Shown: positions 20,033 through 30,651, numbered from the stretch's first letter. The stretch is 64,000 bases of DNA from Fibrobacteria bacterium (GCA_050294405.1 JBNKOC010000027.1:64001-128000), one strand, 5' to 3'. Translations and numbers: made by a program. Notes: generated by a model from the sequence alone, not told the origin.

Positions 20033-23000
20033 AGGCCCATTTCTTCCGCGATTTTAAAGGATAATTTTTCCACCGTAGAGTTTTCCAACACGTCCATTGA
20101 ATTTATTTCGACAGCTAACTCCATTGAGATGGCTGAGACTAATTCAACCGCTAATATGGAATCAATACCAAGATCATTTATCAGCGCATGATTTGAAATT
20201 TGACCGACATCAATGTTAAGCATTTTTGAAAGTGTTTCCTTTAAAAAAGTATGAATTGAATTAATGTCCTTTTTTATTGAATCTTGAACCCATTCAACTT
20301 GAGCCTTTTCTATTTTATACTTTTCTATAACTTTTCCAAAATATTTCGCATCATAAAAATCAGGGTATTTTTTTAGCCACTTACTCCAATCAGACTTGAA
20401 ACATCCAATTTGAGGCTGATTAGTTCGCAGTGTCAGATTAATAGTATTTAAAACATCGTCAATAGTTAAGTATTCCAGACCAATTGATTTTAAATAATTT
20501 TGGGCTGCCTGGTTCTTCGCCGCAGCGCCTACGGCTTCCACAGGCCCTAAATTTATAGAAAAGCTTGCAAAGCCTTGTAACCTCATATGCTGCATAAGAC
20601 CATCTAAAAAGCCGTTTGACGCCCCGTAGGCCAACTGACCCTGGTTTCCGACAATTGAAGTTATAGAAGAAAAACTAATGAAAAATTTTATTCTTTTTTT
20701 GTCCAATAGTTCAAAAATATTTAGGGCTCCTACAACTTTTGGGTTAAGTGTCTTAACAAAATTATTTCTTGTGACATTTTCAAATAATTTGTCTTCAATA
20801 ACAGCTGCAGAGTGAAAAACACCTGAAATTTTAAATCCGGTACTCTGAATTTTATCGAAAAATTGTTTTAGTTCTGCTTTATTGGCTATGTCCATTTTAC
20901 CTGAAAAAATTTGAATTCCAGATTCATTCGAGTTACGAATGAAATTAATAGCTTCTTCGGATTTAGGCCCGCTCCTTCCGCACAATGCAATGTTTTTGGC
21001 CCCATTTTTTATCAACCATTTTGCCACCTCAATTCCCAGCCCTCCAAACCCTCCGGTAATCAGGAAAACATCCTTTGAATTAATAATGTTTTGTTTGATG
21101 TTTGCATCACAGACTGGAATTGGGAGGCGGGTTTCTTTATTAATGTCTTCCACTCTTTTTAGACGCGCAAGATCCATCGGATCCAGAAAAATTGTATAAA
21201 ATTTGTTTTTGATGCTGCATAAGCAATCTGTGTTACCGGCCATAAGGGTTAATTCTGAAGGAATATTATAATTAATAGCAAACCTCATATTCCGAAGTTC
21301 AATAGCCGCCGTTTTTAAGAAGCTGCTTATCATAGTAAACTCGGGATTTTCCAAAGGGTTTTCATTTTTAGAATGCATTTTAACAATTACATTTCGAATA
21401 TTGCCCGACTTGCCTGCCAAAGAAATAATGTTTTGAAGCCTGGCTAGGGTATCGGCAGTTTTATTGCCGTAAAAATTATTACTAGATGTAATATTTTGGA
21501 TACTCAATGTATTTTTATTCTTAATATCCACGAAATTTTTGGAAGATACTTTTGCATTTAGACCCAATTTAATTACATCTACATTTGAAATGTCTAATAC
21601 TTTATTTCTATCAATTTCCGTTAAGGATGGATTATAGTATATCCAATTCTTAAATCCTGGAGATGGTATGGACTTGAACACTAAGTTTTCGACAACGGCT
21701 AATATGTGACCGTATTGGGATATTACCTTTAAGTTAACAGCCATTTTTTCCTCTGAAGAGGTGTGGATTTCTCCATATACATAAAAACCCTCCTCTGGTA
21801 GAGAAAATATTGAAATTTTTTTAATCTCACTGGGTACATATTTTTCATTATTTGGAACAAAAGCCAGACAAGCCTGAAGACATGCATCCAAATTTCCAGA
21901 AAAGTACTTAAAACCATCAATACTTTCGAAATTAAAATTTATCTCGGCAAGGAATTCACTATCAAGCAGGAATAAATTCTTAATTGAAGCAAAACTTCTT
22001 TTATAATCGTACCCCAACTCCCGAAAGTAATCATATACGTCATCTCCCAATATTGAAACTTTACCGAACTTTTGTTTCAATGTGACCAATTCAATTCCCG
22101 AAGGCTCTTCAAATTCACTAACATCAATATTTGCCCGAGCACATAAATTCCATGGAGATTCATTAGACACTTGCTTAGTATAGAATAATATATCAGATGC
22201 TTGTTCATTATAGTGGGTTTGCATATCCACTACATCTTCGTCTGGAATGACAATCATTTTCAATATTTTGAAGTTATGGATATCAAGCTTTTTTATACTC
22301 TCCTGATATTTTGTGAAATGTAATATTGAATCAATAAAACCCATGCCGGGAAACACTTTTTTACCCAAGACACAGTGGTCAGGCAAAAATGGAAAAAAAT
22401 AATCATTTAACTCCGCGTTCCATACTTCCCCAGGTACATTCATTTTCACCTGCATAAATGGGCTATTGCCGGGGTTCCCTACCCTGGCTACCTTGGATTC
22501 TGGAGATTCTGACCAATGGTAGGATTTTTGCCAGGGATAGCTTGGTATTCTTATAAAATTACCTCTCGGGTGAATAATTTGCTCCCAATTTATGTTCCCA
22601 CCTATCGTAAAAAAAGAGGAAAGGGATTGAAAAAAGCATTCCACCGCATCTTGCTCCCGTAACAGAGAATTAACATAGTTAAATGGTATCCTTTTTACAT
22701 CACAGACTTTTTTAATTGATGATTTCAGCACATGATGTGCACTTATTTCAACAATAACATCATAACCGTCTTTCAGTGCTTCTTCGAATGCCTTGTGAAA
22801 ATATACCGGTTGCCTGATGTTATTACACCAGTAATCTGGGTTGAAAACAGCATCATTTACTTTTTCGCCAAATACTGAAGAATAAAGATTAATAGCCGGA
22901 GCCTTAGACTTCAGGCCCTTTATTGATTTTCTGAATTTGGGTAATATGTGATCAATTATCGGACTGTGGTAGGGAACATTTACATTTAGCATTCTTGAAA

Positions 23001-25152
23001 CTATTTTATTTTCATAAAGGATTGCTTTTAACCTTTTTAATTCTTCATGATCACCAGATAGTGTCACAGTATTAAAATCGTTGTATGCTCCTATTCCTAT
23101 TGATTCAGGAACTAATTCAAATAACTCTTTCTTGTTTTCCTCCGTATAACTCACGGCTAACATTGAACCCTTTCCCTGGATACTTTTGTATGCCTGGCCT
23201 TTTCTAATAGACAGCAAAACTGCTTCACGCAATGTTAAACACCCTGCGGCATGGGCTGCCGCTGTTTCTCCCAAACTATGGCCAATGCAGCCATCCGGTG
23301 TGACCCCATAGTGTTTCCACAGTTCCGTCAAGCTTAATTGAAGACAAACCAAGGCTACTTGTAAAACTTCGGTATCATTTATTCGCGACTTTTCCTTTGA
23401 CTTTGAAAGTTCTTTTACCAAAGACCAACCGGCATATTTACTTACAATCTTGTCGCATCTATCCAGAACATTTTTATAAATAGAGTTTTTTTTGTAAAGT
23501 TCTTTCCCCATTGCATGCCACTGCGGGCCCGAACCCGGAAAAACAAATAGTACTTTTGAATTTTTAGTTGCAACGGATCCACGAATTATATTTGCGTTCT
23601 TTTTTAAATCTTTTAAAAGGCTTAGTTTTTCTTTTAGTTCCTCTGTGTTTTTGCCAATAATAACAGCTCTCTCCGAATGATGGGTTCTTCGATAGCTGAG
23701 TGTGTAAGCAAAATCATTCAAGTTTATGCTTTTTTTATTCAAAAAATCATGGTAACGGCTCGCTGTTTCGGCTAGAGCCCGTTCCCCTCTTGCTGTAATT
23801 GGGAGCATATAAAAAGGCTCAAGTATTTTTGCTGATTTTATTTTTTCTGTTTTAGTCCAATTGCTCAAAATCGCATGTCCGTTTGAGCCCCCATAGCCAA
23901 AAGAATTGACTGAAGCCAAAAGATATTTCTTTGAGGGAAGTTTCTTATTTTTTTGGGTGACATGGATTAACAGCGATTTAAAATCAATCTCCGGGTTCAA
24001 TTTCGCGGAATGGAGTGAGGGGACAACAGCCTGATGCTTCAAGATCAGAGACGCCTTTATGATTCCAGCAATCCCCGCTGCTGCTTCGGTATGGCCTATA
24101 TTTGACTTAATGGACCCCACATCAACCTTTGACTTCACTCCCTCACTTTTTAGTAACTCGTTGATGGACCAGCTTTCTGCCTTGTCTCCTGCATCAGTAC
24201 CTGTTCCGTGAGCCTCAAAATAAACCAAGTTTTTTACGGATTTTGGTATTTCAGAATAGGCTTTCTTCATTAATTTTAATTGAGCCTCGGGACTGGGCAA
24301 TGTAATTCCGTTGGTTCTACCGTCCTGGTTAATTCGGACATTTTCAATAACTGCATAAATTTTGTCCCCATTTTTTACTGCATCTTCAAGCGGTCTAACA
24401 ACCACTACTCCCGCACCTTCTCCTCTGCCGTATCCATTGGCATTATCTCCAAAAGCTCTGGAACGGTTTGAAATTAAACTACCTTTTGCAAGATTCACCA
24501 TTGAAATAGGGTTAAAAATCACGTTAACTCCCCCAATTAAGGCAACATCTGATTCCTTATTTTGAATTGATTGAAACGCCAGGGCCAAAGCCGTCATTGA
24601 GGAAGAGCAGGCAGTATCCACAGATAAACTTGGGCCTTTAAAATCAAATACATAAGAAACTTTATTTGAAATGACAGACATCATCACATTTATAGCATGT
24701 TCTTTTTTTATAGAATAACGATTTAGATACCCGCTTTGGTGCAGATAATTTTCTAAGTGAAAGGCTCCAACGAACACTCCAGTTGTCATTTTTTGTAATT
24801 CAGACAATGTGAGTCCACTATCCTCTATAGCCTCCCATGAGGATTCAAGAATTAACCTTTGTTGCGGGTCTATGGAATCCACTTCGTTTGCATTGAGACC
24901 AAAAAATAGAGGGTCAAATTCCCACAATGAGCTTGTGAGAAAACCGGCTTCAAGTGCGTTTGATTTTCCAGGTTTATTAGGATTGGGATGGTAGAATTTC
25001 CTTAAATCCCACCTGTCTGTTGGAATTTTTCTGAAGCAGTCTTTCCCTGAAACTAAGTTGTTCCACAAGGCCTCCACAGAGTCTGCCCCGCCGGGAAATC
25101 GACAGCCTATGCCAGTTATGGCAAGAGGGCTTTTTCTCAGATTTTTCATCAA
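20029..25152 (-). CDS. Single-module type I polyketide synthase, KS-AT-DH-KR-ACP, no TE or ER
   Basis: KS: DPQQR, DTACSSS, HGTGT, KSNIGHTE. AT: GHSLG, VPYHS. DH: HCVLGKKVFPG, LDACLQ. KR: TGGFGGLG, YGASN. ACP: LGIDSILAVEL. Confidence 0.93.
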   Translation of the reverse strand: MMKNLRKSPLAITGIGCRFPGGADSVEALWNNLVSGKDCFRKIPTDRWDLRKFYHPNPNKPGKSNALEAGFLTSSLWEFDPLFFGLNANEVDSIDPQQRLILESSWEAIEDSGLTLSELQKMTTGVFVGAFHLENYLHQSGYLNRYSIKKEHAINVMMSVISNKVSYVFDFKGPSLSVDTACSSSMTALALAFQSIQNKESDVALIGGVNVIFNPISMVNLAKGSLISNRSRAFGDNANGYGRGEGAGVVVVRPLEDAVKNGDKIYAVIENVRINQDGRTNGITLPSPEAQLKLMKKAYSEIPKSVKNLVYFEAHGTGTDAGDKAESWSINELLKSEGVKSKVDVGSIKSNIGHTEAAAGIAGIIKASLILKHQAVVPSLHSAKLNPEIDFKSLLIHVTQKNKKLPSKKYLLASVNSFGYGGSNGHAILSNWTKTEKIKSAKILEPFYMLPITARGERALAETASRYHDFLNKKSINLNDFAYTLSYRRTHHSERAVIIGKNTEELKEKLSLLKDLKKNANIIRGSVATKNSKVLFVFPGSGPQWHAMGKELYKKNSIYKNVLDRCDKIVSKYAGWSLVKELSKSKEKSRINDTEVLQVALVCLQLSLTELWKHYGVTPDGCIGHSLGETAAAHAAGCLTLREAVLLSIRKGQAYKSIQGKGSMLAVSYTEENKKELFELVPESIGIGAYNDFNTVTLSGDHEELKRLKAILYENKIVSRMLNVNVPYHSPIIDHILPKFRKSIKGLKSKAPAINLYSSVFGEKVNDAVFNPDYWCNNIRQPVYFHKAFEEALKDGYDVIVEISAHHVLKSSIKKVCDVKRIPFNYVNSLLREQDAVECFFQSLSSFFTIGGNINWEQIIHPRGNFIRIPSYPWQKSYHWSESPESKVARVGNPGNSPFMQVKMNVPGEVWNAELNDYFFPFLPDHCVLGKKVFPGMGFIDSILHFTKYQESIKKLDIHNFKILKMIVIPDEDVVDMQTHYNEQASDILFYTKQVSNESPWNLCARANIDVSEFEEPSGIELVTLKQKFGKVSILGDDVYDYFRELGYDYKRSFASIKNLFLLDSEFLAEINFNFESIDGFKYFSGNLDACLQACLAFVPNNEKYVPSEIKKISIFSLPEEGFYVYGEIHTSSEEKMAVNLKVISQYGHILAVVENLVFKSIPSPGFKNWIYYNPSLTEIDRNKVLDISNVDVIKLGLNAKVSSKNFVDIKNKNTLSIQNITSSNNFYGNKTADTLARLQNIISLAGKSGNIRNVIVKMHSKNENPLENPEFTMISSFLKTAAIELRNMRFAINYNIPSELTLMAGNTDCLCSIKNKFYTIFLDPMDLARLKRVEDINKETRLPIPVCDANIKQNIINSKDVFLITGGFGGLGIEVAKWLIKNGAKNIALCGRSGPKSEEAINFIRNSNESGIQIFSGKMDIANKAELKQFFDKIQSTGFKISGVFHSAAVIEDKLFENVTRNNFVKTLNPKVVGALNIFELLDKKRIKFFISFSSITSIVGNQGQLAYGASNGFLDGLMQHMRLQGFASFSINLGPVEAVGAAAKNQAAQNYLKSIGLEYLTIDDVLNTINLTLRTNQPQIGCFKSDWSKWLKKYPDFYDAKYFGKVIEKYKIEKAQVEWVQDSIKKDINSIHTFLKETLSKMLNIDVGQISNHALINDLGIDSILAVELVSAISMELAVEINSMDVLENSTVEKLSFKIAEEMGL

Positions 25153-25425
25153 TTTTTACATCCTTCCAAGAATCCAAAACAAATTCTCAAACCAATTCAT
25201 TACTGCATTCAATCTAAAAACTAATGAACTTTAAATAAGAATTCTAAAAACATATAGTTTTTTGTTAAAAAAATGAATTTAGGTAGGTAAACATGATATA
25301 ATCTGCAAATAATCTACAAAAACTCTATTTGGACTTAATCGAAAGAAGAACATGATTTTAAATACTACTTTTGATTTAATCAGGCAAGGTTTTAGTCTAT
25401 ATAGGTGAAAAGGATTTAGCCAAAT

Positions 25426-28400
25426 ATGATTCCAAAGCAATTAGGGAAGTATAGAATCATTTCACCCATTGGAAAGGGATATGATAGCACAGTTTATCTT
25501 TGCCAGGATCTAGAAACCAACAAAAAGTATATTCTAAAATCGCTCTCCAAAGTAAATTCAAATTTGGAAAAGGTTATAAGCTCAAGTGTAAGGTTTAAAA
25601 ATGAAATTGATATTTTAGATACTATAAATCACGAAAATATTAATTCCATCCATGATTCATTTTTGCATGATGAACATTATCAAATTGTCTTTCCCTATGA
25701 GCCCGGAGTTACACTAAACGAAAGAATTGAATCTTCAGGTGTCATAGACACTGAAAACGCAATTAAAATTATTTCCCAAATCTTGGAAGGGTTAAAGTAC
25801 ATTCATTCGAGAGGGTATGTGCACTGTGACATTAACCCAAATAACATCTATATTCTGGAAAACGGACTTGTCAAAATATTGGATTTTGGATTCGCATTTC
25901 TTGATTCCGAAAATATGTCTAAGAATCCGGGAAGTATTGTGGGAACCATACCTTATCTGGCTCCGGAACAAACTGGTTACACAAACTTTAAAATTGATGC
26001 GCGAACAGATACATTTTGTACCGGTGTCATTTTATATCGACTACTTGCCAATAAATTACCGTTTGAAATTAAAGATAATTCTATCACCGAATTGATTGAT
26101 TCCATTTTAAAATGTGATATCAAGCCGTTAAAAAATATTCCCATAAAGTTCAATCAGATCTTAATCAAGTCATTGCAGCCCAATCCAGCCGACAGATACC
26201 AAACAGCCCAGGGGTTTTTGGAAGATTTAAACCAAGCTATGAAATTAGAAGAAAGTGAAGTATGGAAAGTTGGGGATAAGGATAGAGTTATATCCATTAA
26301 CAGAAAAAAAATATTTATCGGCAGGAACAATGAATTATCACAAATATCCGATGTTTTAAAAATACACAACTCAACAAGGGCAGGATCCCTATTGGTATAT
26401 GGCTCGTCAGGAATGGGAAAATCTTTCTTAATAAAACATTTAAAATCAAAAAACATAATAACTGCACCTGTTATAATTGAAAGTAAATGCAACAGGTTCA
26501 GCAAAAGCCAACCCTTCTCTACGCTGCGTGATTTAATATTGAATTTTTTGTATGATCAGGTGAAATCGTCCACGGACTTAGCAAACCTCGAGAGCTTTGT
26601 TAATGAAAAATATGGCTCGAAATCGGGGCATATATTAGAAGCTATCCCCGAATTAGCTCCTTTTTTTAAATCCGTAAATTTTGAGAAAAGTGTTGAAAAT
26701 CAATCAAACAGGTTAAACCATTATCTTTTTAATTTTTTCAGGGAATTAGGGAACAAATACAAAATAATGCTGCACATTGATGATTTTCAATGGATTGACC
26801 ATCCCAGTTTTTTAGTTATATCAAAGTTATTGGAGTCCAAAAACAGGCCGTTTATAATAATCAGTTACCGCACGGAAAAACAAAATTCGGATTTATTTGT
26901 TGATGATTATGACTTAAATAAAATTGAGTTTACAGCCACTATTAACCTTAAAGCTTTTGATAAGAAAGATGTTATTGCATATTTGGACACCAAGTTTGGA
27001 AGTTTTGGAAACCAAAGCCAATTAGCAGACATTTTAATTTCTAAAACGAATTCATCTCCCTTTGAAATTGAAGAAGCGTTAATACATCTAACAAATAATA
27101 ATCTGATTATTCCAAAGGACAAGGATTGGAAAATAAGTATCAAAACAATACAAGCTGTAGGTGAAAAATTTAACATAATTGATATCCTTTCTCATAAAAT
27201 TAAGTTTTTGTCTATTGAAGAAAAGAAAATATTAGAATTTGCAAGCGCTTCTCAAAAACCCATTAACCCTTCTTTGCTTATATCAATCTTTAATTTGCCT
27301 AGGAAAGAAACACATTTAATTATCAATGATTTACTGTCCCAGGGTTTATTAAAAATGGACATTTCTGGAAAATTTGCTTTTACTCACGATCAAATCAGAG
27401 ACATTATATATTTAGGAATCAGCAGTAGCAAACAAATTCAAATAAATGAACAATATGCAAAACATTTTGAAGGCTTAATTGAACTGAATAATGAAATTAT
27501 TTTTGATACAGCTGAATACTATTTAAAAACGAATAATTCTTCCATGACCCTAAAATATTTAAAAATGGCTTCGGAACATGCAGAATCAAAACACGACCTA
27601 ACCCTGGCTAAATATTACCTAAGAAAGACCCTGCAAATCTATTCGATTGTACCGGATCAAAAGTCAAAAAAAACAGTAGACATTACTTTGGAAAATATAC
27701 GCTTAGCAAAGTTAATGCTGATGAGCGGAAACAACCGTGAAGTCATTGGTTTTTTAGAAAAGTTTATATACAAAAACAAACTCCCCGAATTGCAAAAATT
27801 AGAATGCAAATACATACTAGGCTCTGCATACCAATATACGTCAAATTTTGATGAAGCCATCAAATGTTACATGGGCGCTTTACAATCACTAAAGAAAAAT
27901 TTTCCAAAAAACCGCATTACCCTCATTACAAAAACATTATTTCAAATATTTATACAATACAGTACATCTTGGGTTTTTATTAATTTTTATCAAAAACCAA
28001 AGAAAGCAGAGTATCAACTAAAAATTAACATATACCGAAGACTAGTACATTGCTTCTTTTATAAAGACCTTCTTTCTTGTGTTTATGTCGCATTTTGTGC
28101 AAAAAATATGGCCGACAAAAGCATTGATACAAAAGAAAAAATAGAAGCTTATTTACAGCATTCTTACGGATTGTATTTTATGTATTTAAAAAAATCTTCA
28201 TTTAACCTAATGAATAAAGCAATGAGGATTGCATTGAGAATCCAAAGAGTGGACACCATAGCAGAGGCCCACTGTTGGAAAGGAATGATAGAGTACTGCG
28301 ATGGGAAATGGATTACGGCAAAAACAGAATTAAAAGAAAGTATAAAAAAGTACCAATCTATAGCGGATATCAACTCTTCATTACTACCGGAGTCTCATTT

Positions 28401-30558
28401 GTGGAGAATATATTTATACACAGGCAACCTACAGGAAGCCTATTCGCTAGCTGTAGATTCAGTGTCAAAATCCAAAATCTGCAAGGACATTCACTTCCGT
28501 ACAATTTCTGAACTGTGTATAGAATACATTAATGCCTTACAAATCAAAGACTATTACAAAAAAAACGGGACACAGCTAAGTTCTTTTGGTCAAACAAAAA
28601 CCGAAATACTTACAAGCATCATGATGTCTATTCAAATAGCAAAAATTCATCTATTATTTAATGAAACAAAACTTTCATACAATTGTCTCGTTCCACATAT
28701 AAAGGAAATTAAATCAAGAAATTTAAAGCAAGAGTATGTTACTCCTATTTTCAATTTAATTTGCGAGACCTTATATAAAGACATCCTCTTAGGGAAAGAG
28801 GGCAATTTAAATTTTAGTAAAAAGAAAAAAATGTCTTTATTTAGAAAGTTCATAACCTTGTCCCTGATAAACTGCACAAATTTCCCAGCCCATGTGGGAT
28901 CTATATATAGAAGTATTGCATGGTATTCCTATTTTAGGGGTTGGAAATCCATGTCTGTATTTTTCTTTAAAAAAGCAATCGGAAAATTTCACAAGCTGAA
29001 TATGAGTCTTGAGGAAGGACAAACCTACGAAGATATTGCCAAATTTTATTATTTAGAAGGAATCTCCGGTGACTACATAGATAATATTGAAAAAGCATAT
29101 AAATATTATTCCGATTGCAACGCCTCTGTTCTTATTGAAAGACTAACCAATTTACATTCGCACGAAATACCACAAACATCTAAGTTTGAGAGTGCATCAA
29201 GCCTAAACAATTCTATTATAGAATCAGATATCAACCATCTCAGAGTGAATACCATTCTTGATGTGTCTAACACAATTATCGAAAATACGGATATAAATCT
29301 AATAATGGAACAAACTGTAATGGCACTCATTAAAACAACGGGCGCCCAAAATGGATACATGTTTCTTGTTTCGGATAATCAATCTAAAAAAAAATTATTT
29401 CTGGATTTTAATGGTAAAGAAATTAGAGATGCCGAATCAAATTACTCTGATGAGATAATTGAATGGGTAAACAATAGCAGAAAATCCATTTTATTAAAGG
29501 ATGGATCCGATACAGATATCATTAAAACTATCCCGAAAAGCAAAATCAGGTCCGTCTTATGTATTCCCCTTATAAGAAAGGATAACTATTTGGGATGTGT
29601 TTATCTTAGTAACGATAGAATTTCAGGTTTATTTACCAGTACATCCGAAAAAGCCGCTAAATTACTTGTTGCTCAAGCTTCCATACTCTTAGAAAACGCT
29701 TATTTATTAAACAGTTACAAACAATTAAATGAAAATTTAGAAGAAATTGTAAAAGAACAAACCGCTGACATTAGAAGTAAAAAAGAAGAGCTGGAAGACT
29801 TTAATTTAAAGCTAATAGAATCTGAGCGGATGAAGGATATTTTAACAGGCACCTTAGTACACGATATTAAAAATTATGTAGCGGGCATTGAAGGAAATTT
29901 AAAAGTATTAAAAAGAAAACTTGGGGATGAGGAAAAAAACTTTCGCAGCTTGCATACGGCAGCCATGGCATGTATGGATATAGCTTCTCTTTCTTCGAAC
30001 CTCTTAGATATTGGTAGAATGGAAGAAGGCCATTTAGAAATCAAGCCTCAAAAAGTTTCCTACAATGTAATAAGCCATATAATTTCGAAATTAAGAGAGG
30101 CAGCCCCCTTTGAAGAAAAAAACATTGATGTTGAATTAATAAAACCTGAATTTGATGTTAACTTTGAATGGGACCACAGATTATTGGACAGAGTTATCCA
30201 AAATTTATTTAATAATGCGGCTAAATATACTCCAGAACAGGGAAAAGTAAAAGTATACTTCGAAAACCACAATTCTGAATATGTAATGGTAATTTACAAC
30301 TCTGGAAATCCCATTGAAGAAGAATACAAACAGGAACTTTTCAACAAATACGCCCGTGCAGGGGCTAAGTGGTCGCCTTATTCAAAGGGACTGGGCCTAT
30401 TTTTTTGCAAAATGGTTGTTCAGGCCCATAAGGGGAATATATGGGTAGATACGGATATAAGCGGAAATTATTTTAAAATTTCCTGTAGCAAAAATTTTTC
30501 CCATAAGGCCAAAGAATCACATATGGCCAGCCCTGAAAGAGATTCCCAGCCTGTTTGA
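25426..30558 (+). CDS. Ser/Thr kinase - STAND/AAA ATPase - TPR-like - GAF - histidine kinase multidomain sensor
   Basis: Kinase: YILK, HCDINPNN, DFG, YLAPEQTG. FIGR, Walker A GSSGMGKS, Walker B HIDDFQW, FTHDQI. GAF: SVLCIPL...LLENA. HK: LVHDIKN, NLFNNAAKY, GLGLFFC. Confidence 0.92.
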   Translation: MIPKQLGKYRIISPIGKGYDSTVYLCQDLETNKKYILKSLSKVNSNLEKVISSSVRFKNEIDILDTINHENINSIHDSFLHDEHYQIVFPYEPGVTLNERIESSGVIDTENAIKIISQILEGLKYIHSRGYVHCDINPNNIYILENGLVKILDFGFAFLDSENMSKNPGSIVGTIPYLAPEQTGYTNFKIDARTDTFCTGVILYRLLANKLPFEIKDNSITELIDSILKCDIKPLKNIPIKFNQILIKSLQPNPADRYQTAQGFLEDLNQAMKLEESEVWKVGDKDRVISINRKKIFIGRNNELSQISDVLKIHNSTRAGSLLVYGSSGMGKSFLIKHLKSKNIITAPVIIESKCNRFSKSQPFSTLRDLILNFLYDQVKSSTDLANLESFVNEKYGSKSGHILEAIPELAPFFKSVNFEKSVENQSNRLNHYLFNFFRELGNKYKIMLHIDDFQWIDHPSFLVISKLLESKNRPFIIISYRTEKQNSDLFVDDYDLNKIEFTATINLKAFDKKDVIAYLDTKFGSFGNQSQLADILISKTNSSPFEIEEALIHLTNNNLIIPKDKDWKISIKTIQAVGEKFNIIDILSHKIKFLSIEEKKILEFASASQKPINPSLLISIFNLPRKETHLIINDLLSQGLLKMDISGKFAFTHDQIRDIIYLGISSSKQIQINEQYAKHFEGLIELNNEIIFDTAEYYLKTNNSSMTLKYLKMASEHAESKHDLTLAKYYLRKTLQIYSIVPDQKSKKTVDITLENIRLAKLMLMSGNNREVIGFLEKFIYKNKLPELQKLECKYILGSAYQYTSNFDEAIKCYMGALQSLKKNFPKNRITLITKTLFQIFIQYSTSWVFINFYQKPKKAEYQLKINIYRRLVHCFFYKDLLSCVYVAFCAKNMADKSIDTKEKIEAYLQHSYGLYFMYLKKSSFNLMNKAMRIALRIQRVDTIAEAHCWKGMIEYCDGKWITAKTELKESIKKYQSIADINSSLLPESHLWRIYLYTGNLQEAYSLAVDSVSKSKICKDIHFRTISELCIEYINALQIKDYYKKNGTQLSSFGQTKTEILTSIMMSIQIAKIHLLFNETKLSYNCLVPHIKEIKSRNLKQEYVTPIFNLICETLYKDILLGKEGNLNFSKKKKMSLFRKFITLSLINCTNFPAHVGSIYRSIAWYSYFRGWKSMSVFFFKKAIGKFHKLNMSLEEGQTYEDIAKFYYLEGISGDYIDNIEKAYKYYSDCNASVLIERLTNLHSHEIPQTSKFESASSLNNSIIESDINHLRVNTILDVSNTIIENTDINLIMEQTVMALIKTTGAQNGYMFLVSDNQSKKKLFLDFNGKEIRDAESNYSDEIIEWVNNSRKSILLKDGSDTDIIKTIPKSKIRSVLCIPLIRKDNYLGCVYLSNDRISGLFTSTSEKAAKLLVAQASILLENAYLLNSYKQLNENLEEIVKEQTADIRSKKEELEDFNLKLIESERMKDILTGTLVHDIKNYVAGIEGNLKVLKRKLGDEEKNFRSLHTAAMACMDIASLSSNLLDIGRMEEGHLEIKPQKVSYNVISHIISKLREAAPFEEKNIDVELIKPEFDVNFEWDHRLLDRVIQNLFNNAAKYTPEQGKVKVYFENHNSEYVMVIYNSGNPIEEEYKQELFNKYARAGAKWSPYSKGLGLFFCKMVVQAHKGNIWVDTDISGNYFKISCSKNFSHKAKESHMASPERDSQPV

Positions 30559-30642
30559 GTCTCACTAAGACCAAAAAATCTAAAGCTACTAAAGTTTCTA
30601 AACTTATATGTGCCCGTCTGCCGGGATTCCCCTAAAAATTGG

Positions 30643-30651
30643 TGGTATAAT
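30643..30651 (+). promoter_or_regulatory. Candidate extended -10 promoter (TGnTATAAT) for the minor pilin operon
   Basis: TGGTATAAT about 90 nt upstream of the ATG at 30742. Confidence 0.35.

Noticed and set aside
25426..30558. Anti-phage STAND (Avs-like) defence system
   Set aside because: The architecture ends in GAF-histidine kinase, typical of signalling kinases; no nuclease, TIR or SIR2 effector or other defence genes are seen.
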